Of a DNA stretch of 64,000 nucleotides, positions 1 through 9,744 are shown one piece after another. The stretch is from Rebecca billardiae RCC1528. Lineage: Eukaryota > Protista > Haptophyta. The stretch lies in assembly GCA_965240325.2 (NCBI GenBank), contig OZ251222.1, positions 372,001 to 436,000 on the forward strand, written 5' to 3'. A program made the position numbers and the translations under genes. The notes under the pieces were generated by a model that was not told the origin of the DNA, searched no databases, and saw only the letters and a program-made list of their open reading frames with translations. Position 1 is the stretch's first letter; each line of letters starts with the position of its first letter.

Positions 1-273
1 AGCCAGGGGAAGCTATGCGGGAACCAAGTCGTGCTGCACAGGTGACGCCACACCGCACGCGAGGACTCGCCGGCTGCGGGCTGGTCACTCCGTCACTCGC
101 ATGGGCCACACCTCCGACCTCGACTGTCTCCTATGCTGGAAGCAGAGATCGTCGTCTAGAAGGTGAGGGAACCTTGCGGGATGGTCACGGCGCTGGATGG
201 ACAGAGGGAGCGCTGCTGAGTGCTGGCGAGGACATCGTTTGCGCAGCACGGCCGGACGGCCGTGCTGCGCAAA
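1..273. repeat. Partial copy of the 3' part of the 1.9-kb element, ending in a perfect 17-bp hairpin
   Basis: 1-262 is nearly identical to ~9323-9583 and ~7345-7613. 238-273 reads tttgcgcagcacggccg-ga-cggccgtgctgcgcaaa. Confidence 0.9.
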
Positions 274-516
274 CCCCGCCGGCGCTAGTCTGTCGCACCC
301 CTTTTGTTCCGAGTCGCTGAGACCGCGCCGATCGTCAGATAGTTTTGAATTTCTGTTCCGCCAGTGGGACCAGCCCACTGTAGTACGTGCCCAACTGTGT
401 CCATGTTGGAGAATATGTAGTCAATCACAGAGCGATCCGCCCCACTGTAACGCCGGTCTGTGGCCGATTGGGAGTACTGACGTGCTCCTGCGTCTGAGGT
501 CATGGGTTCAAACTGT

Positions 517-617
517 CAGTTTCCAGGCGGTCTCTCTTCGGATAGCGTGCGATGAAGGATGGCGCGGCAACCTGCCACCGTGAGCCTTACGCACGTTACT
601 AAAACAAATAAACTGTA
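517..617 (-). mobile_element. Tc1/pogo-like transposon end (TA-CAGTTTATTTGTTTTAACGTGC family A)
   Basis: Reverse complement of 19134-19228; also matches 26656-26708; TA|CAGT terminus. Confidence 0.65.
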
Positions 618-632
618 CTACGGGCATGAGAT

Positions 633-729
633 CGTCATCGCGCGCTCAAGCCATTCGATCGCGGTTCAGGCTATGCTCTGCCACCAGCGCCGACTTCGTG
701 TCGACGATCGGGCATTGCCGACGACGAAC
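633..729. repeat. Dispersed ~95-bp repeat
   Basis: Near-identical to 22680-22770 (ggctatgctctgccacca.cgccgacttcgtgtcgacgatcg). Confidence 0.8.
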
Positions 730-746
730 GAGTGCCGGCGCAAACG

Positions 747-1685
747 ATGCAGGCCGATTTGAGTGGCGGCGCTGGCGGCCGTAGCAGCAGCGCCGCGCGG
801 CAGCGCGGCGAGGCGGGCGCGGCGCCACGCCGGTACCTGCCTCACGCGCTCTCGAGCCACCGCGTCTCCGCGCGCGATCGGGCGCACGGCAAGGCGCCGC
901 TGCGCCCGACGCCGCTTGCGAGCGACATGCCTGACGGCCTGCCGTTCGCCGAGGACAGCCGCCGGCGGCTGCGGCGCATGCAGAACATGCACGTGCTGTA
1001 CCGCTCGGCGGAGCGGCGTGAGTGCCTGCAGCCGCTCACGAATGACCTCCTCCTCACACGCGACCGAGACGCCGCGTCCGACGACGCCCAACTCAACAAG
1101 CTCGCCGCGCTCTCGCTCGCGCTCGACGCGGCTGAGGTGACGCCTGAGGATGCGTTCGAGGTCGTGCTCTCGCTCCGCCCGTTCTCGCGCTCGCCCAACG
1201 CGTGGGTGGAGATGCAAGCGCGGCTCGCCGCGCGCCCAGACCTCTCCACCTCGATCTTCGACCTGCTCTGGTTCGCCCGCGCCCAGGAGGAGTTCGACGC
1301 TCCAGACTTCACGGCGCACGAGGGCGCGTGGGGCCGTGTGTACGCAGAGCTGCTGCTGCGCCGCTACCTGCTCGACGGCGCGGGCGAGGTGGACGCGGTG
1401 CAGCGGCTGTCACACTGCCACGAGCTCATCCGCGAGGCGATCACCTCGATCTCGGTCTCCGGCGCGCCGGTCACCACCGAGCAGGTCCGCCGGCTCGCGT
1501 GGCTCTGCCCCAACCTCGTCGAGCTCGACGTGAGCGCGACGCCGGTCGGCGAGGCGGCGATCGCGCACGTGATGAAGGCGTGCCGGCGGCTCGAGCGCAT
1601 CAACATCGCGGAGACGCGCTTGCAGGGCGACACGGTGAGCGCGCTGCTGAGCACTTACGGGCCGCAACTCGAGCTCATAGTCTGA
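747..1685 (+). CDS. Hypothetical protein with C-terminal leucine-rich repeats (FBXL/AMN1-like)
   Basis: Coding-like ORF with LRR segments CPNLVELDVSATPV and CRRLERINIAETRL; start uncertain. Confidence 0.65.
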   Translation: MQADLSGGAGGRSSSAARQRGEAGAAPRRYLPHALSSHRVSARDRAHGKAPLRPTPLASDMPDGLPFAEDSRRRLRRMQNMHVLYRSAERRECLQPLTNDLLLTRDRDAASDDAQLNKLAALSLALDAAEVTPEDAFEVVLSLRPFSRSPNAWVEMQARLAARPDLSTSIFDLLWFARAQEEFDAPDFTAHEGAWGRVYAELLLRRYLLDGAGEVDAVQRLSHCHELIREAITSISVSGAPVTTEQVRRLAWLCPNLVELDVSATPVGEAAIAHVMKACRRLERINIAETRLQGDTVSALLSTYGPQLELIV

Positions 1686-1794
1686 GTAGTAGTACCGTGT
1701 TGTTTCGTGGCCGTGGTCGCCCGTGGTGGATTTATTTGATTTGGAGGCAAAACTGAAAACTCAAATAAAGTAGGAACTAATTGTCAGTACAACG

Positions 1795-3891
1795 ATGGCG
1801 GACGTCGACGAGGCCGACGAGTTCACGCCTCTCACAGGCCGTGCTGACGCCCATTCACGACGAAAGCAGCGCGGCATCGGGCGGTGGGCTATCGGCACAT
1901 GCGGGGTCTTGTCCCTGACCGCCGCGCTCCTGGCCATCGTCGATCCCTGGGCCACCGTGTGGCGCGCGGGCGGCCGTGCGGTGCGGGAGGCGGTCACGCC
2001 AACCGCGGCGGCAGTGCTGCCTGCCGAGCGTGCCGCGTCGGCGCAGCCGTGCGACCTCGGCCTGGAGACGTTGTTAGACGAGGCTGAACGCGCCCGCGGC
2101 GGCTGCGCCTGGCGCTACCCCCGCGCGTGGCCCTCGCCCACGGGCCGGTCGTGCAAGCAGTCGTTCGTCAAGTGGCAGCAGCGCGACGCAGCGCGGCGCG
2201 CGCGCGTCGCCTTCGACGCGGAGCGCTGGGTCGTGTACACAGGCAACTGCACGTTCCCTCCGCTCACCACCGTGTGGCCGGCGTGCACGGACCCGCGGTA
2301 CGCCGCGCTCCGCGCGCCCGCCGACGAGGAGGCGCTCTCTGCCGTGGAGCAATGGCGCGTGCGGCGCTACCTCGGCGCCCTCGGCACACTCCTCGAGCCG
2401 CCTCGGACGAACGGCACGCGGGGCGGCACGGGGCTGAGGCTGCCCGTCCGCGTGGCGGTCCCCCGCTCCATGCGCCGCTGTGCCTCCGCGCCGGGCGTCG
2501 TGTGCGAGTCAGACATGCTGCTGGCGCACTCGCTCGCGGACGCGCGCGCGTGCGCCGCGCGCGCGGCGAACCGCGCGGTGAGGCTGCGGTATGCGCGCGA
2601 CCTGGCGTGCCTGCTCGAGGAGCAGCACGCGCGGCGCTCGGGCTCGGCGGGCTCGCGGCGGTGGATGTGGATGGCCGGGGACCGGACGGCCGGCGCCACC
2701 GTCCCGCTCCTCTGCAAGACGCGCGACATCGCCGCGCCCGGCCTCACCGTGCTCGCGCCCGTGATGCACGCGCGCCACGCGACTGAGCTGAGGCGCGTCG
2801 TGCAGCTCGAGCGGCTGCGCGCGCGCCCGTTCCTCGAGCGCGAGCGGTGCGCGGTGTGGCGCGGGGCGACGACGGGAAGCGTGCGCGGCTGGGACGACCG
2901 CGGGCCCCCGAACCCACGCCGCGCGCTCGTCGAGCGCTGGGCCGCCGCCTCTGCGCCGGACACCGCCGCCGGCTCGAGCACCAACCGCACGGCGCGCCCC
3001 GGCGCCGCGAGCGCGCCGCGCGAGTCCGACGACACCGGCGGCGTGCGCGTGGATGTGGGCTACTCGAAGCTGGTGCTGCCGCCCAGCGTGGGCGCGGAGC
3101 TGCGCGCGGCGCACGCGCGGCACGTGCGCGCGCCGCGCTCGCTCGAGTCGATGAGCGCGTGCCGCTACCTCCTCTCCGTCGAGGGGAACGACGTGGCGAC
3201 CAACCTCAAGTGGACCCTCTTCACGGAGAGCGCCGTGCTGATGGCGCCGCCGCGGAAGGAGTCGTGGCTGCTCGAGGCGGCGCTGGCGCCGTGGGTGCAC
3301 TACGTGCCGATCAGGCGCGACGCCGCCGACCTGGGCGCGAAGCTGCGCTGGTGCGAGGCCCACCCGCGCCACGCGCGCCAGATCGCGCGCGCCGGCCGCA
3401 CGCACGTCCTCCGCGTGCTCGGAGGCGGCCTCGAGTCGGAGCGGCGCGTGCGGCGCGCGGTGCTCGCGGCCGTCGCGCGCGCGGTCGAGTACGTCGCGGA
3501 GGAGGGGGGCGGCGCGGCGGGCGGCGAGGATGGCGTTCCGCCCGACGGCGCGTGCGCGTGGACAGCCGCCGATCGCGAGCAGTACCGCGCGGACCTCGAC
3601 CGGCTGCTCCGCAGCGCCGATCCAGCGCTCCAGCGGCACGTGGACGAGCACGCGGCGCGCGCGACGCGAGAGTTGTCCGCGGCGCGCCGGCAGGCGTTCG
3701 GCGCACCGTCGCCGCTCGGCGCGCGCGACAGCCGGTCGGCCGCGCCCGCGGGCGAGGAGGGCACCCGGCCAAGCGCCATCAGCACGTCGTCGTCGTCGCA
3801 GGCAGCAGCAGCAGCGGCCTTCGAACGCCTGGCCCACGCCCACTTTGCCGCCTCCGCCCGGGAGGCCTTCCTCGCAGGGAACGACTATTAA
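1795..3891 (+). CDS. Glycosyltransferase family 90 (CAP10-like), type II membrane protein
   Basis: N-terminal TM; motifs AVWRGATTG, RYLLSVEGNDVATNLKW, LAPWVHYVPI, DLGAKLRWC. Confidence 0.9.
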   Translation: MADVDEADEFTPLTGRADAHSRRKQRGIGRWAIGTCGVLSLTAALLAIVDPWATVWRAGGRAVREAVTPTAAAVLPAERAASAQPCDLGLETLLDEAERARGGCAWRYPRAWPSPTGRSCKQSFVKWQQRDAARRARVAFDAERWVVYTGNCTFPPLTTVWPACTDPRYAALRAPADEEALSAVEQWRVRRYLGALGTLLEPPRTNGTRGGTGLRLPVRVAVPRSMRRCASAPGVVCESDMLLAHSLADARACAARAANRAVRLRYARDLACLLEEQHARRSGSAGSRRWMWMAGDRTAGATVPLLCKTRDIAAPGLTVLAPVMHARHATELRRVVQLERLRARPFLERERCAVWRGATTGSVRGWDDRGPPNPRRALVERWAAASAPDTAAGSSTNRTARPGAASAPRESDDTGGVRVDVGYSKLVLPPSVGAELRAAHARHVRAPRSLESMSACRYLLSVEGNDVATNLKWTLFTESAVLMAPPRKESWLLEAALAPWVHYVPIRRDAADLGAKLRWCEAHPRHARQIARAGRTHVLRVLGGGLESERRVRRAVLAAVARAVEYVAEEGGGAAGGEDGVPPDGACAWTAADREQYRADLDRLLRSADPALQRHVDEHAARATRELSAARRQAFGAPSPLGARDSRSAAPAGEEGTRPSAISTSSSSQAAAAAAFERLAHAHFAASAREAFLAGNDY

Positions 3892-4047
3892 TGGTTTAAG
3901 ATGACGCCGCCGCCGATCATCATGATTGATATATATGACTATACGACAGCATGCGCATTTGCGCTGCTGACGGCGTCGATGGCAGGCGGCATGTTATTAC
4001 ACTAAACTACGACTCGCTACAGGCATGCTGCATGCAGCCACTGCAGC

Positions 4048-5661
4048 TTACGGTGGCGATGACAATGCCGATGCGGCTGTGATGGGGCGGCCCGTCACGT
4101 CTGCTGCGCTCGTCTTGGCCTTGTCCGTGAGGGCGAGCGTAAGCGGCGTACTGGGTCCGCCTGTCACTCCCACGGCTGCGGCTGCCCTCGCCTTGGCCGC
4201 GGCCTTGGCTGCTGTCTTGCTATCGGCTTTGCCCGTGGCTGCGTGCGGCAGCGAGGGCACGGCAGCCGCTCCGCCCGCGCCGCGTGCCGCCGCGTGGCGA
4301 GTCTGCTGTTTCGGATGGGCGTGGCAGCGGAACTCGTCAATCAGCTGCGGCGTGCGCTTGTAGCCGTCCGTCAGGAGCTTGGTCGTGGCCAGATCGCGCG
4401 CGCGGGTTTTCGCCGGATCGACCGCCGCCAGCGCCCTCGCCGACGCGCGCGTGCTGCGCGTGACGCCGCACCCCCCACGGGCGGCCCGAGCGGATGGGAG
4501 CGCGCGGCCGCGCGCCGAGCTGAGCGCCGAGCCGTTGCGCGGCGTGCACGCGGCCAGCGCACGCGCCTCGCGATCCATGCGGCGGAGGCGTCGCTCCCAG
4601 CTCAGCCTGGCGAGCAGCTCCCTCTCCTCGAGCATCTGCCGCCCGCGCGGCTTCGTCACGTTCCGCTTGGCGAAGAGGGCCGGCGCCTCGCCGCGCCGCA
4701 CCGCCGTGCTGTAGCACGCGTGCATCGGCCCAAAGTCGTGGTGGAAGACGGCGAAGATCTTGTCCGGCCTGAGTGCGTTGTACGCGAGCTTGGGCACGCC
4801 GCTGCGCATGTCGATGGGCTTGAAGAGCGTCGAGCGGTAGTGGAAGTGCAGCGCCTTGCCCAGCCCCTTGCGCCACGGCCAGTTGGCCGAGCCGAGCATC
4901 GCCAGGTAGTTGTACTCGCGTGGCAGCAGGCTGACGCACTCGGCAAAGAAGGTGGTGAAGAAGGCCTGCGCCGCGCGCCGCGCGGGCGGTGAGCCGGGCG
5001 CGCGCCGACGCGCGCGCGCGCACGCCCAGCGGCGCGCGGCGCGCATGCGGCCGCGCGCGCGTGCCGCCAGCCACACCTGGTCGCTGATCAGCAGCACGTC
5101 TGAGCCCTCGAGCCGCTTGAGCGCGCCCGTGATCCGCGCGTACATCTGCTCGCTGGGGTGGACGACGAGCACGCCCGTGTTGCACGTGTCCACCGCCTCG
5201 ATGCGCACGCAGTGCACGTGCGGCTGGCTGAGCGCGCCCGGCCTCACAGCGAAGCGCGGGTGCGCAAAGTCGAGCGGCCGCAGCGCGATGATGTCCACGT
5301 CCAGGAAGAGGATGCGCTCGTACTGCGTGAGGCCCCACAGCCGGTAGATGCCGAACGTGCGGAGGTAGCGCATCAGGATCGCGTCGTTCTCGGCGATCGC
5401 CTCGCGGAAGCGCGGGTGCCCCCGGCTGGGGTGCTCGATGCAGCTGGGCACGAGCGTGATGTTGGACGTGAAATTGGACGCCGCGCACGCCTGCAGCTGC
5501 GTGATCACTGACACGTCCACCTCGCAGTGGATGATGACGATGTCGACATTGGGGCTCTTCTCGTACACGCGCGCCACGCTGTGCAGCCACGCGAGCAGCA
5601 ATGGCAGGTACTTGACGCCCGAGATGTACGTCGCAACGGCGAAGAGCTTGCCGCCCGCCAT
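4048..5661 (-). CDS. Glycosyltransferase family 8 (glycogenin/galactinol synthase-like); probable 111-bp in-frame intron 4966-5076
   Basis: Motifs LWGLTQYERILFLDVD, NTGVLVVHPS, SDQ|AFF, LPREYN; a GT..AG segment interrupts the DQxF motif. Confidence 0.8.
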   Translation of the reverse strand: MAGGKLFAVATYISGVKYLPLLLAWLHSVARVYEKSPNVDIVIIHCEVDVSVITQLQACAASNFTSNITLVPSCIEHPSRGHPRFREAIAENDAILMRYLRTFGIYRLWGLTQYERILFLDVDIIALRPLDFAHPRFAVRPGALSQPHVHCVRIEAVDTCNTGVLVVHPSEQMYARITGALKRLEGSDVLLISDQVWLAARARGRMRAARRWACARARRRAPGSPPARRAAQAFFTTFFAECVSLLPREYNYLAMLGSANWPWRKGLGKALHFHYRSTLFKPIDMRSGVPKLAYNALRPDKIFAVFHHDFGPMHACYSTAVRRGEAPALFAKRNVTKPRGRQMLEERELLARLSWERRLRRMDREARALAACTPRNGSALSSARGRALPSARAARGGCGVTRSTRASARALAAVDPAKTRARDLATTKLLTDGYKRTPQLIDEFRCHAHPKQQTRHAAARGAGGAAAVPSLPHAATGKADSKTAAKAAAKARAAAAVGVTGGPSTPLTLALTDKAKTSAADVTGRPITAASALSSPP

Positions 5662-5728
5662 CCCCGCGGCGGCACACCAGTCGGAGTGGGCAGTTGTCCG
5701 GTTCGGTCAGTCATCGTCCCGATTTATT

Positions 5729-7634
5729 CCGCGGGGGGGGCACGCCCGGATTTTAACCGTGCCGCCCCCGCGGCTTTGTGCAACATCAAGGAGAGTCCGG
5801 ACGCTTCTCGTCGCCGCCAAGCGCGGGGACCCCTCGCGACGGCCGCGCCGCCGCACCCGAGCGTGCCGACCCGCACCTCACGCCGGCCCGCGCATTCGGC
5901 GGGGCGCGCGCGGAGCGCGCCGCGCGTGGGCGCGTCGGCCCGTACGCTCGGAGCCCCGGGGGAGTTCACTCCGAGCGCGCCGCGCCGCGCCCGTCGCGCC
6001 GCGCTGCGGCGTGCGCCGTGCACGCGTTCAGTGCGGCTCGGGTGCCGCGCGCCGCCGCGGAGCGGAAAGAGAGCCGGGAGCGGGTGCGCTGGCGCGGGCG
6101 GGGTGTGGAGGCACGCTACGGGAGTCTACCTCTCGTGCCGCGCGCGCGCGCCCGCTCGGCGCCGTCGCTTGGCTCGGCCGTAGGCGTCCAAGCGTCGATG
6201 GTTGGCCTCGCTGTCGAGAACCGCGCTAAAGGGGGCCGCCTGAGCTGGGGGCCGTAACGCTTGACGAGACCGAGCACGGTGCTGGCGAAATCGAATACGC
6301 ACCGGCACCGGCCCATGGAAGCCCGCCGCGCGCTGTGGCCGCGCGCCGCGCGCACATCAGGCGGGGCGCGCGCGGAGTCCGCCGCGCATGGGGGCCTCAG
6401 CCAGTACGCTCAGGCCCCCGGGGGAAGCACATGCGACCTCGCCGCGCCGCGCCCGTCGCGCCGCGCCACGGCGTGAGCAGTGCGTCCCGGTTCGACCAGG
6501 GTCGCGGCGCGTGCCGCTGCGCGCTACCACTGTCCACTGGGGCGGATGGTGCGCGCCGCGCGGGCGGGCCGGCGGGGGCGGCTTGTGGAGGCGGGCGGTG
6601 ACGGCCCGGCTCGTCTGCCGCGCGCGCGCCGCCCTGCGTTGCGTCCTGAACTCTCCGTGCTCGCAGGGTGCGTGCACGAGAGCCAGTGCTGTGACTCTCT
6701 GTGACGGGCTGGGCTGGGCTGCTAGGCGGCTGCGGGCCTCCCGTGTGGGTTGGATGGATGCCCGCTGCGACGCTGGCCGCACGATTGCGTCCTTCCGCTT
6801 TGCCTTGCCCTTGGCAGCTGCGCCACCGTTGTGCGGCATGTGCTGCCAGGTGAGCGAGGCTCGCTCCTCGGGCGGCTAGATGACCACAATCGCGGATGGC
6901 TTGGTGCGGACGGGGTGGTCTTGGTCCCCTGTCTCATCGCCAGCACCTTGCGGCTGCAGCAGCCGCAGGCGTGTCTGCTTGATGGGCTCCGGCCGGCAGC
7001 CCAGACTCCATTTTACCTCTCACATCAGTGGGCCTTGGGGCAGTGAGCTGGTGTCAGGTGTGACGCCGGGCATCAAGCCTGAATCGGCAGGGAGGCGGAG
7101 GGAGCGCACCACGTTAATTAACTTGCGACTCGTGCGACAGGTGCCTGGTGACGTCTCGCCGTATGGCCACTTGTGGGCCAACCGGCCAGTGCACGGCGCG
7201 GTTGGCTCGCTCGCACTGCGTCTGCGGCGCCTGGCCGGCACCAGGGTGCGTTCGTAATCGATTCTAGATAGTTTACCGCGGATCGTGTCAGACGTCACAG
7301 CCCATTGATGCGCGTCACGGTCCGAGGTTAGCCAGCACGAGCACAGCCAGGGGGAAGCTATGCCGGAACCAAGTCGTGCTGCACAGGTGGCGGCCACACC
7401 GCACACGAGGACTCGCCGGCTGCGGGCTGGTCACTCCGTCACTCGCATGGGCCACACCACCGACCTCGACTGTCTCCTGTGCTGGAACCAGAGATCGTCG
7501 TCCTAGAAGGTGAGGCGGAACCTTGCGGGATGGTCACGGCGCTGGATGGACAGAGGGAGCGCTGCTGAGTGCTGGCCGGAGGACATCGTTTGCGCAGCAC
7601 GGCCGGACGGCCGCGGACCATTTCTTCTTTACGG
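5729..7634. mobile_element. 1.9-kb repeat unit 1 of a head-to-tail dimer
   Basis: Starts CCGCGGGGGGG, ends TTTACGG, flanked by TTATT (5724-5728, 7635-7639); highly similar to unit 2. Confidence 0.85.
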
Positions 7635-7639
7635 TTATT

Positions 7640-9606
7640 CCGCGGGGGGGGCACGCCCGGATTTAACCGTGCCGCCCCCGCGGCTTTGTGCAACATCAAG
7701 GAGAGTCCGGACGCTTCTCGTCGCCGCCAAGTGCGGGGACCCCTCGCGACGGCCGCGCCGCCGCGCGTAAGGGTGCCGACCCGCGCCTCGCGTGCACAAA
7801 CGCATTTGGCGGGGCGCGCGCGGAGCGCGCCGCGCGCGGGCGCGTCGGCCCGTACGCTCGGAGCCCTCTTTCGGAAAAGTCCGAGCGCGCCGCGCCGCGC
7901 CCGTCGCGCCGCGCTGCGCCGTGCGCCGTGCACGCGTTCCGTTCGGCTCAGGTGCCGCACGCCGCCGCGGTGCGGGAAGAGAGCAGGGGGCGGGTGCGCT
8001 GGCGCGGGCGGGGTGTGGAGGCACGCTGCTGGAGTCTACCTCTCGTGCCGCGCGCGCGCGCCCGCTCGGCGCCGTCGCTTGGCGCGGCCGTAGGCGTCCA
8101 AGCGTCGATGGTTGGCCTCGAGCAAAGGACCATCAACCTCGAGGACCGCTAAAAGGGGGGTGGCTGCCGACGACGCGGGTGACGATTGACGAGACGCTTG
8201 ACGAGACCGAGCACGGTTCTGTCTGACGAGACCGAACACCGTCAACGGCCCACGGGCATGGAGGCCCGCAGCGCGCTGCGGCCGCGCGCCGCGCGCACAC
8301 CAGGCGGGGCGCGCGCGGAGTCCGCCGCGCGTGGGGGGGCTCAGCCAGTACGCTCAGGCCCCCGGGGAAAGCACATGCGACCTCGCCGCGCCGCGCATGT
8401 CGCGCCGCGCCATGGCGTGAGCAGTGCGTCCCGGTTCGACCAGGGTCGCGGCGCGCGCCGCTGCGCGCTACCACTGGGGCGGATGGTGCGCACCGCGCGC
8501 GGGGGGGCGGCTTGTGGAGGCGGGCGGTGACGGCCTGGCTCGTCTGCCGCGCGCGCGCCGCCCTGCGTTGCGTCCTGAACTCTCCGTGCTCGCAGGGTGC
8601 GGATGCTGCACGAGAGCCAGTGCTGCCGTGACTGTCTGTGACGGGCTGGGCTGGGCTGCTAGGCGGCTGCGGGCCTCCCGTGTGGGTTGGATGCATGCCC
8701 GCTGCGACGCTGGCCGCAGGATTGCGTCCTTCCGCTTTGCCTTGCCCTTGGCAGCTGCGCCACCGCTGTGTGGCATGTGCTGCCAGGTGCCGCGCTCAGG
8801 TGGTCGGGCGGCAGCTGTCTGCCGCCTGCTCGCGCGAGGCTGGCTCCTCGGGCGGCTGGATGACCACAAGCGCGGATGGCTTGGTGCGGACGGGGTGGTA
8901 TTGGTCCCCTGTCTCAGCGCCAGCACGTTGCGGCTGCAGCAGCCGCAGGCGTGTCTGCTTGATGGGCTCCGGCCGGCAGCCCAGACTCCATTTTACCTCT
9001 CACATCTGGGCCTTGGGGCAGTGAGCTGGTGTCAGGTGTGACGCCGGGCATCAAGTCTGAATGGGCAGGGAGGCGGAGGGAGCGCACCACGTGAATTAAC
9101 GTGCGACTCGTGCGACAGGTGCCTGGTGACGTCTCGCCGTATGGCCACTTGTGGGCCAACCGGCCAGTGCCCAGTGCACGGCGCTGTTGGCTCGCTCGCA
9201 CTGCGTCTGCGGCGCCTGGCCAGCACCAGGACGCGTTCGTAAGATTCGTATAGTTTACCGCGGATCGTGTCGGACGTCACAGCCGATTGATGCGCGTCAG
9301 TCAGGTTAGCCAGCACGAGCACAGCCAGGGGGAAGCTATGCAGGAACCAAGTCGTGCTGCACAGGTGGCGCCACACCGCACACGAGGACTCGCCGGCTGC
9401 GGGCTGGTCACTCCGTCACTCGCATGGGCCACACCTCCGACCTCGACTGTCTCCTATGCTGGAAGCAGAGATCGTCGTCTAGAATGTGAGGGAACCTTGC
9501 GGGATGGTCACGGCGCTGGATGGACAGAGGGAGCGCTGCTGAGTGCTGGCGAGGACATCGTTTGCGCAGCACGGCCGGACGGCCGCGGACCATTTCTTCT
9601 TTACGG
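7640..9606. mobile_element. 1.9-kb repeat unit 2 of a head-to-tail dimer
   Basis: Same termini as unit 1, followed by TTATT (9607-9611); differs by substitutions and indels. Confidence 0.85.
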
Positions 9607-9744
9607 TTATTATCGATTCATTTTATTCGTCGAAATACGGATCCAGAGTAATTGCTGGTGATGATTTTTGACAGAGGTGCTGCGCACTCGTGAGCAGGAC
9701 GATGTCTGGACGACACAAACGCCGGCAGCGGCGACTTTTTTTCC

